DNA of 64,000 nucleotides, from positions 2,752,001 through 2,816,000 of the forward strand of contig CAXXVL010000002.1 of assembly GCA_963667845.2 (NCBI GenBank), written 5' to 3'. The stretch comes from Smithellaceae bacterium (GTDB lineage Bacteria > Desulfobacterota > Syntrophia > Syntrophales > Smithellaceae). The translations under genes and the position numbers were made by a program. The notes below the pieces were generated by a model. The model was not told where the DNA came from and made no database searches. It worked only from the letters and a program-made list of their open reading frames with translations. Below, piece after piece: positions 56,371 through 64,000 of the stretch (the stretch's first letter is position 1; each line of letters begins with the position of its first letter).

Positions 56371-58107
56371 CTAGAAATGCCCCATAACCTGAAGCCAGAA
56401 CCTGCCGTCACGTATCGCATCCGACGTTTCCTGCTCGGAACCGATTTTCAGGCCATAACTCGTTCTGAGAAGAAAATGGCGGGTTGTCCAATTCAGGCCG
56501 ATACCTGCTCCGTAAAGATTGCTGGCATTAGAGAAGAGACTGTTCCAGGCGTCATCGTTGATCCTGGAATAACCGGCATCGGTAAAAAGGATAAACTGCA
56601 GGTCCCCCGGAATTTTCCTGCTTCCCAGGGCATCGGAAAGAGTGTAGCGAAACTCTCCTGTAAGAATGCATCCTTCGTCGCCGGAAGCCTCCCCTTGGGG
56701 ATAACTCCTGACACCTGTTGGTCCTCCGAGGAAGAATTTTTCTGCAGAATCGAGGTTATGGGACGACAATTGCCCGCTGAATGAGGCATAGAAGGCGAGA
56801 TTACCATAAAGTTTCTGAAGTCTGGATAGGTAAAGCGTTCCCTTGGCGAATTGGCCGTTTGTCTTGACAGAAGCACTGTCGATCTCCCTAGCGAAATCCG
56901 ACTTGATGTTCAATTTGCCGGCGTATCCGCTAAGCGTTAGGGTGGTGTAGCCACCGCCAAGTAATCCGTCCAGTACGTCAAAGTAAAAGGCCAGTGTGTA
57001 AACCTCGATATCTTTGTTCGTCTTGATGTCGAACAGATCAATACGGTCTTCAAGGGCCTTGAAGTCGTATTCCAGATGGCCGTATATGTTGAAATAGCGG
57101 GAACGGACAAAAGGATGGAGCACATAGGCGCTGACGATGGAAGCACTGCCATGGGCACCCAGATCCTTGAAGTCGTCACCGAGTTTATAGTCCATGGCAG
57201 AATAGGCTGCACCCAGGCGGGTTCCCCACCAGCCTACCGGGACCGTGGCGGATGCACGACCATAGAGCAAACGTTCGGCGGCGATTCCGCGCACGCTAAC
57301 CGACTCACCAGCCCCAGCCAAGTTATTCTCCGTTGCGGTAAAACCAACACGGTAGTATCCTGTGTAACGGTCCCCGTAGTTGTCAGCATCAATGCTGCCG
57401 GACAGAGGGAATTTATCTTTGACTTCGAGTATAAGATCAGCTGTTCCGACAACGGCCCCTGGCCTGATGGTTGATCTGACTTCAATTCCGGGGATGTCAT
57501 TCAAAAGCAGAAGGCCTTTATCAAGTTTTTCTTCCTTGATGATCTCGCCCTCCTTGACAAACCCTCCAATAATCCGGTGTGCGGAAGAGGATATACGGCC
57601 ACTCTTGTCAGGTTTGAGCTCTATTTGTCCTACCTTTCCCTCGTTGATTGCAATGGTGACAATACCACTCATAAATTCCTGGACAGGCATAAAAGCGCGG
57701 GCCAATAGGTAGCCCCTGGCTCTGTAGAATTTGGTGATGAGGTTGACGGTGCCTTCCAGTTCCGCAATAGTCAGATCTTTGCCAACGGCATTGGTGACAA
57801 GCGGCAGGAGTTCTTTACCGGAAAACAAGGTATTTCCTTCAATGCGGAAACCACTGACCTTTATTTTCATTTCAGGCGGTGCGCTGATGACCTGTTTATC
57901 CGCTTTTTCAACGGTCAAGGCCGGCGCCTCTTTCGGGGAAGTAACTTTAAGCGAATCCTTGGTGGTTTCCAGAAGAATCCCCGCATTGGGGCGATCCGTG
58001 GCGGAAGCATGGCTGACAGAGAAAAAGACGATCAATATCCATATCACCACTATTTGATTTTTCTTGATTATATACTGATTCAACCTCACAGATATGCCAG
58101 CAGCCAT
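56371..58107 (-). CDS. Two-partner secretion outer-membrane transporter (TpsB; ShlB/FhaC/HecB family)
   Basis: Signal peptide, POTRA (YRARGYLLARA), DNYGDRYTG, GGPTGVRSY loop motif, C-terminal Phe. Confidence 0.9.
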   Translation of the reverse strand: MAAGISVRLNQYIIKKNQIVVIWILIVFFSVSHASATDRPNAGILLETTKDSLKVTSPKEAPALTVEKADKQVISAPPEMKIKVSGFRIEGNTLFSGKELLPLVTNAVGKDLTIAELEGTVNLITKFYRARGYLLARAFMPVQEFMSGIVTIAINEGKVGQIELKPDKSGRISSSAHRIIGGFVKEGEIIKEEKLDKGLLLLNDIPGIEVRSTIRPGAVVGTADLILEVKDKFPLSGSIDADNYGDRYTGYYRVGFTATENNLAGAGESVSVRGIAAERLLYGRASATVPVGWWGTRLGAAYSAMDYKLGDDFKDLGAHGSASIVSAYVLHPFVRSRYFNIYGHLEYDFKALEDRIDLFDIKTNKDIEVYTLAFYFDVLDGLLGGGYTTLTLSGYAGKLNIKSDFAREIDSASVKTNGQFAKGTLYLSRLQKLYGNLAFYASFSGQLSSHNLDSAEKFFLGGPTGVRSYPQGEASGDEGCILTGEFRYTLSDALGSRKIPGDLQFILFTDAGYSRINDDAWNSLFSNASNLYGAGIGLNWTTRHFLLRTSYGLKIGSEQETSDAIRDGRFWLQVMGHF

Positions 58108-58871
58108 TGAGAAGAAAACCTCAAAACTTGATAAGGTAGATTATTTGTAATGTCGGAGTATAAGGAGCGCGGCCTGTCATGTCAATAGAATGCTGCCCTT
58201 ATGTTGATTACCGGAGTGGAATGTTTGTTATGATTGGACTTACGGTTTTCGGCCTCTCGTATGTGCGGCCTGAAAGAAGCAAATCCTTGTCCTTGTCAAT
58301 TATGCTTTTTTCAACTGGAAATAAACAATTTGAGGCGGCAATTTCCCGCTGGCGGGGCAATCTCCCCCTTGATTTTCAATTCACGTAAGAGTATTCTTTA
58401 TATCAATATTATTTTCTCTATTTGTTCGGTAAACTCATCAATCCAATCATCAACTTGCTGGAGTCCGACATGAAAAGGATTTGCTGGAAGTTGCCAATAC
58501 TTAGCCTCCGAGGAGTTATTCCGTCTCGGAGGCTTTTCCATCTTCCCCAAACGAATGTGGGGCGGTCGCTTGCTATAGTTCAGACTGGTTTATTCGGAGA
58601 AGCTCCGACGACACATACCATTTTTACAGGGAATAGGTATTTTATATCAATCGATGATTTATAAGAACACAAGGTGCAATCTGCAATCTTGTCGTTCAGC
58701 GCACATGAAAATAAAGTAAAGCTTTAGGATAGTCTACCGGTCCTGTCCAGTGTCGGAAGATATGTCACTGCAAAAGGCTGTTTACCGGGTCTATGTCATT
58801 CCCGCTGCTTTGGTGGAGCTGTATGATGCGGAGGTCAAAGCGCTTGTCGATCTTGGTTCTGAGGGGGGAAA

Positions 58872-60392
58872 ATGAAAGAAACGAGTATCAGATGTCTGCA
58901 GCTTGCGATTTATTTCGGCATGGTTTTTATGGCCGCAGTCCAGCTTGCTGCCTGTTCGGGCAGCTCGGGTGACTCCAGGTCGAGCCTTTTTGTTTCCAGA
59001 CTTGAATTAAACGGGTTTATCGTCACCGAGGGCTCCGCGGATCCCATTAATCCGCTGGACATGGTCAACACATATGTTATGGATTCGGCTGCCGGCAACA
59101 ACGCCGGACAACCTTATAAAAAACTTAAGATCCCCGTTCTGCCTTCTGTCCGGACGGAACTAGGAATTTTCCAGTTGCGCCCATACGAGGCTATAGTCTA
59201 TCTGGGGCCGACTCCGCCAATGGGCGATTATTTCAGCTTCACTCCGTTTCTCTGGGCGCGGCATGTCGGGCAAGTTATACCCAAGGGTGATTGGATGTTT
59301 GCCGCTCTGGGAGACCCCCTGAACCATACGCGGATCAAGACCGAGGGCGGCGGCAGCCCTTTCCAGAAGAATACAATGGTGATCTTCACGGCCGACCGGG
59401 CTGTATACGAGCGCATCAAGGCGCAGGCAATAGCTGCCGAATATCCCGAATCGATGATCAATGCCTATGTCTTCCCCTCGGCGCTGCTGAATATGGGCGT
59501 CAACCTCGGCTCCTCTGATGATGATTCGTTTATTATTTTAGTTCGGTCCGCCAACATTTCCGATCCCAAGCAGGAGATCGCGTATATGGCTGACAATTAT
59601 TATGCCCGGATCTTTCGTGTAACTCCGTATCCCACCCCGCAGACCCTTGATCCTTTCTCCACACCCGTACCGCGGGTCCGCAAGTGGCAAAGGGAGGTCG
59701 ACCTTTATCCCGGACTGCAGGCCGGCTTGGAACGGCTCAGGAATGCCATCCTCGCACAGACCCCCAACCTCCAGTCCAGAGAATTCCAGTCAATCAGATG
59801 GTGGCCGGATTCCCGGGACGTGCTGCAGGCTGATTCCGGCTCGTCTATCTATCACAAATTCGTCGCCGGGGAGGCTTCCGATACTCCCTACCGCCGGACA
59901 TCGCAGGGCGGCGTGGAAGCCAACTTCGTTTTGGGAGCTGACGACATGGTCATAGCATATGGCGTAAACCATGCCGCCACGGGCCTCGCCATCTATTCCA
60001 ATTTCAGCGTATACAGCGAACGCGTATTGAACCCGTGCACCTCGGGCAATATCCTGAATTACATTTATGGGTGCGGTGACCCGTTATGGAACGGGGTGGT
60101 CGGGATGAAGAATAAGGAATTTGCCGGCAGCGCCGTAAAATACCTGGGAGCCGATGATCCCACGGCGCCGTATCTGTACGCAGTTAAAGTCATGCGCAAT
60201 GCGCCGGCAGATGCCAATGATAAGTTCTTTGTAGTGGTGCCGGCTCCGGATGCTAGCGGGCCGGCAAGCGGGATTGAAAAAGGCGACCCGGTAATTCTCG
60301 GTTACCGGGCCTATGTAAACCCGTCGACAGGTTTCGGTCCCGACTACGACGATATTATCCCGGATCGGGCAATTTGGTTCAAGGTGAGGTAG
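58872..60392 (+). CDS. Hypothetical lipoprotein
   Basis: Lipobox VQLAAC followed by a Ser/Gly linker; 506 aa; GAGGGGG RBS; no family recognised. Confidence 0.75.
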   Translation: MKETSIRCLQLAIYFGMVFMAAVQLAACSGSSGDSRSSLFVSRLELNGFIVTEGSADPINPLDMVNTYVMDSAAGNNAGQPYKKLKIPVLPSVRTELGIFQLRPYEAIVYLGPTPPMGDYFSFTPFLWARHVGQVIPKGDWMFAALGDPLNHTRIKTEGGGSPFQKNTMVIFTADRAVYERIKAQAIAAEYPESMINAYVFPSALLNMGVNLGSSDDDSFIILVRSANISDPKQEIAYMADNYYARIFRVTPYPTPQTLDPFSTPVPRVRKWQREVDLYPGLQAGLERLRNAILAQTPNLQSREFQSIRWWPDSRDVLQADSGSSIYHKFVAGEASDTPYRRTSQGGVEANFVLGADDMVIAYGVNHAATGLAIYSNFSVYSERVLNPCTSGNILNYIYGCGDPLWNGVVGMKNKEFAGSAVKYLGADDPTAPYLYAVKVMRNAPADANDKFFVVVPAPDASGPASGIEKGDPVILGYRAYVNPSTGFGPDYDDIIPDRAIWFKVR

Positions 60393-60587
60393 AATTTCCC
60401 GTCCGTACTCTTTTTAGTGCGAAGCAGAAACCCACTTCCTATGGACGTGGTAATGTTTGTTGGCTATGCCGATCCCGGATGGCTATGGCCAATAGGCCGT
60501 ATCAACTGCAATGGTGAATATTGATATGAGCAAATTTTTTCTATGCAATGGACACCATCCCAATCAAATTACGCTGAGCGGTGCAAT

Positions 60588-60641
60588 GCCCCCCTATGGG
60601 GGCTGAACTTAAAGCCGCGCCCTTCGGGTGCGGATGTTTAC
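60588..60641 (+). mobile_element. Possible IS200/IS605-type end remnant (twin hairpins), no transposase
   Basis: GCCCCCCTATGGGGGC then AAAGCCGCGCCCTTCGGGTGCGGATGTTTAC resemble the subterminal hairpins of this family. Confidence 0.35.
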
Positions 60642-61521
60642 CTGATCATGAGATAGAACAACCACGGCTGGCCCCCCCGCCGTGATTCAAGGAGATATGG
60701 ACAGGATGTCCGTTACTACAGCGATTGAGCTCACCTGTCAAATGGGTTGCACATGGGGAGTTACCTTTTTGAGTATAATCCATGAACTGAAGGGTCAGAT
60801 ATAAGCACAAGAAAGGTCACGGAGGCGACCGACGAAAATAAAACGTGGATCAGCGCAACCTTGTTTGCGTAATGAGCGGTTTCGTAATCCCTGGCATCGG
60901 GACAATCGCTTCTACCGATTGTCCCGACAGGAATTTGAGAGAAGACGCTGACGGTATATTCAACAATACAATTGGTAATCTTCATTTCCATGCTAAGCTT
61001 GCAGCTAACGAATTGTAGGTGAACTCTGCAATTCCGTTGTTTTTGGAAATTTCAAGAATTAGAGATCGGGTTTTTCATTTAGTTCTTTCTGTACTGCACA
61101 ACCAGCCAACCTCGGAAAAGATGCAGGACTTCAAACTGAATCACTGATGACGTTTTCTCAGTATTTATTATATATATCATATAGTTACTCATGGTTCGTC
61201 TGTGAGGATGTGAAGGGGGCTACTCCGCCGGGTCATAGTCTAAGGGATTTGTCAGGACTTCAGCGAGACCCTGTGCCTTTGTCGATTGACGCTGCCCAGA
61301 AAGCCTCATAAAAAACGTATTGAAATAATTAAAGAATAATCCTTGACTTCCGCTAAGGGGATTTGTATGTTAGAAATAATATAAGTGTATAACATTTTGA
61401 AGTGCAAAGATGACCACCAAGCTTTCTCCGTGTGGATGGTCTTCTTTTTTCTTTCATGGCAGGAATCCGGCTAAGAGGATTTTGAGAAAGAAGGAAGGAG
61501 GATGAGAGCGTTGGAGGAATA

Positions 61522-64000
61522 ATGAAACTAAGAAATAACAAAAAAGAGTTATTCTTGGACATCATTACCCAGGTTCAACTTGCCATAAAGAGTACCGGTG
61601 TATATCCAGTAGACCATCCCATCACTATCGAGATAATAAATAATTCCTATCAAGCGTTAGCAAATCATCTTAAAACCAAAAATATATTAACGTTAAGTGT
61701 AAATGGCAGTAAATTATTGGCGGATGATGTTCCGATCGAATCCAAAAATAATTTACCCGCCAATTTTGCTCTGGACCTCGATCAAAGGGCTATCGAAAGT
61801 ATATCTTTTTATCGGGGACTCTCCCAGAGAGATTATATGATTTTCATAAAAGCAATGATACAGAAGCCGCAGTCTAAAAGTAAAAATGGAGATGTCGCTG
61901 CGATTCTGAAAAATAACAGAGTCTCTGCTATAAAGCTTAATGAAGTCAAGTATAAGAAAGTGTCGAAAGATTTAAAGGATGGTGAACACAGTCATATAAT
62001 AAATGCTTTTGATATTGATGATGAAAGACTATTAACACATACTGATACACGTTTGAGTGATTTGGGGAAACACGACAATAAAAACCATGCTGATGAGCCT
62101 ATTTACAGGGAATTGCAAGTTGAAGAAAGAAAAGTCAATGACTTGCAAAAGAAAGATCTGCTTCCTGATGATGAGAAAAAGGTTAAAGAATATATAAGCG
62201 ATTTACTGTCCGGCGGGAAAAGTGATGAAATGGAAACCTTCATTGAAGATGTATCCTCAAAAATGGATAATAAATTCATTGCAATCAAAAAAAAGGTTGC
62301 TGAGAGTCTTCAGGATATAACTTTAGCCTTGGATGAATTCGGCACGATAAAAGAAAATTTTCAGAAGACCACGGATACGTTAATCAATTGGCTAAAGAAA
62401 GAGAATCAGGTTGATACCTATCTGGCTGTTTCAAAGAGTTTACACAATATATGTTCTTCACTGAACAAGCCGGACCGTTATCTGATTAATGAAACGATCG
62501 GCAGCCGATTGTTCGAGTTCAACAAATTGTCTAAAGTGGATTTGCAGGAGGCTTTGAAAACAAAAAAGAAAAATGGCAATAGTCTTCAATATAATCTTAG
62601 TGCTCTAAATTTAGTTGATGAAGCCATTCTCACTCATTTCTTGGCTCAACAATATAAAAACTGCCAGGTTGTTAACCTATCATCAATAAAGAATATATCT
62701 GAAAATATTCTGAATACTATACCGGAAAAGTATATCAGGCGTTATCAGGTGCTTCCCTTCAAATCAGAGTCCGGGAAGCTATCGACGGCCACGATGAATC
62801 CTTATGATTGGCACATATTAGATGATCTTAAGATTATAAGCGGTTATACAATTATTCCCTATCTCGCTGCAGAATATTACCTCCGTAATGCAATCGAAAA
62901 ATTTTATAACATTAAGGTCAGCAACTCGATCAATCATCAGGCCATGAGTAACATGCAAAATGGTGATTGGAATAATGATTTAGAACTTGTTGAGGAAAAG
63001 CAAGAATCCACTACTTACAGTGAAGAACTGAAAGATTCAGCCGCCCCGATTATTAAGCTTTTAAATGTGATTATAAAGGAAGCCATTAAACAAAAATCCA
63101 GCGATATCCACATAGAACCTTATGAAAGTGAATTGAGAGTCCGCCTTAGGATTGATGGTACCCTGATAACTGTCCTAAACCCTTCCAAAAGTTATGCCAA
63201 TGGCATAGTTTCGCGCATAAAAATAATGTCAGGAATGGACATCTCCGAAAAACGCCTTCCGCAGGATGGTAGATTTAAGGTACGCAATGATGGAAAAGTT
63301 GTGGATTTTCGTGTTTCTTCATTTCCTGGAATCTTTGGAGAAAAGATTGTACTGCGTCTTCTAGATAATTCTGATCTTGTATTAGATATAAACAAATTAG
63401 GATTAAATAACGATGACTTAACAATCCTCCTGTCTAATATGTATAAATCGAAAGGGATGATACTAATTACTGGACCCACGGGAAGCGGGAAGACAACAAC
63501 TATTTATTCTATGCTTCACGGCTTAAATGATGGGGCCCTCAATATTTCAACTGCCGAAGATCCCATCGAATATAATTTAAAGGGAATTAACCAATTTCAA
63601 ATGAACACTAAGATAGGTTTAAATTTTGCCCGTGCCCTAAGAACATTTTTAAGACAGGATCCTGATATCATCATGGTGGGAGAAATCAGGGATTTTGAAA
63701 CTGCAGAAATTGCTTTTAAGGCTGCGCTAACAGGTCATCTTGTATTAAGCACTCTGCATACCAATAGTGCCCCCGAGACGATTACCAGACTGATCAATAT
63801 CGGCATCGAACCCTATATAATCATCTCTTCTGTAAACCTTATCGTCGCTCAACGGTTGATTAGAAAGATTTGTGAAAAGTGTAAGATTGAAACTATACCC
63901 ACCGACTTACAATCAAATGTTTTGAGGAATTACGGGTTCAATATTAACGACCATCATGTTGCCCAGGGAGAAGGATGTGAAGAATGTGGCAATACAGGTT
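61522..64000 (+). CDS. PilB/GspE-family secretion ATPase with long N-terminal extension (3'-truncated by window; absent from ORF track)
   Basis: Translated by hand, open from ATG 61522 (GGAGG RBS) to the window end: SDIHIEP, EKRLPQDGR, GPTGSGKTT, TAEDPIEY, LRQDPDIIMVGEIRD, TGHLVLSTLHTN, CEKC/CEEC. Confidence 0.92.
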   Translation, partial: MKLRNNKKELFLDIITQVQLAIKSTGVYPVDHPITIEIINNSYQALANHLKTKNILTLSVNGSKLLADDVPIESKNNLPANFALDLDQRAIESISFYRGLSQRDYMIFIKAMIQKPQSKSKNGDVAAILKNNRVSAIKLNEVKYKKVSKDLKDGEHSHIINAFDIDDERLLTHTDTRLSDLGKHDNKNHADEPIYRELQVEERKVNDLQKKDLLPDDEKKVKEYISDLLSGGKSDEMETFIEDVSSKMDNKFIAIKKKVAESLQDITLALDEFGTIKENFQKTTDTLINWLKKENQVDTYLAVSKSLHNICSSLNKPDRYLINETIGSRLFEFNKLSKVDLQEALKTKKKNGNSLQYNLSALNLVDEAILTHFLAQQYKNCQVVNLSSIKNISENILNTIPEKYIRRYQVLPFKSESGKLSTATMNPYDWHILDDLKIISGYTIIPYLAAEYYLRNAIEKFYNIKVSNSINHQAMSNMQNGDWNNDLELVEEKQESTTYSEELKDSAAPIIKLLNVIIKEAIKQKSSDIHIEPYESELRVRLRIDGTLITVLNPSKSYANGIVSRIKIMSGMDISEKRLPQDGRFKVRNDGKVVDFRVSSFPGIFGEKIVLRLLDNSDLVLDINKLGLNNDDLTILLSNMYKSKGMILITGPTGSGKTTTIYSMLHGLNDGALNISTAEDPIEYNLKGINQFQMNTKIGLNFARALRTFLRQDPDIIMVGEIRDFETAEIAFKAALTGHLVLSTLHTNSAPETITRLINIGIEPYIIISSVNLIVAQRLIRKICEKCKIETIPTDLQSNVLRNYGFNINDHHVAQGEGCEECGNTG

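Noticed and set aside
58425..58537. c-di-GMP riboswitch before the hairpin at 58503-58534
   Set aside because: GGTAAAC and GTTGCC ends are present but the internal GEMM stems are not; the hairpin alone may be a simple terminator.
60761..60991. 76-aa minus-strand ORF
   Set aside because: No RBS or recognisable motif, so it cannot be supported as a gene.

Overview
Anaerobic deltaproteobacterial DNA; gene content suggests Syntrophales/Smithella-like (inference only). About 2.8-40.6 kb is a hydrogen-metabolism super-cluster, mostly on the minus strand. It encodes three [FeFe]-hydrogenase proteins: a GltD-HydA-thioredoxin-like fusion, a PAS-containing sensory HydS, and an HndABCD/HydABC-type enzyme whose NuoF-like subunit is fused to a GltD-like NADPH module. 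It also holds a kinase/phosphatase/DRTGG signalling block, FeFe maturases (aspA-like, hydF; TM1266, hydG, hydE), a periplasmic cytochrome b-linked [NiFe]-hydrogenase with hyp genes, and nikR with an ECF nickel transporter. Chemotaxis genes (two MCPs, cheW), a NUDIX fusion, a methyltransferase and hcpR-hcp lie nearby. From about 47.3 kb the sequence looks accessory: a 179-nt nested palindrome, two overlapping tyrosine recombinases, cargo (REC-6xPAS kinase, a hydrolase remnant, a MaoC pair), a third recombinase, a 115-bp tandem duplication, an orphan TpsB, a lipoprotein and an AT-rich PilB/GspE ATPase with a long N-terminal extension (missing from the ORF track, runs off the window). Best leads: a candidate riboswitch/attenuator ahead of TM1266-hydG-hydE, the two GltD-fused hydrogenase components, inverted heptamer arrays bracketing an orphan HATPase gene, and the three-recombinase element with its long hairpin. 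No rRNA, tRNA or CRISPR array was seen.
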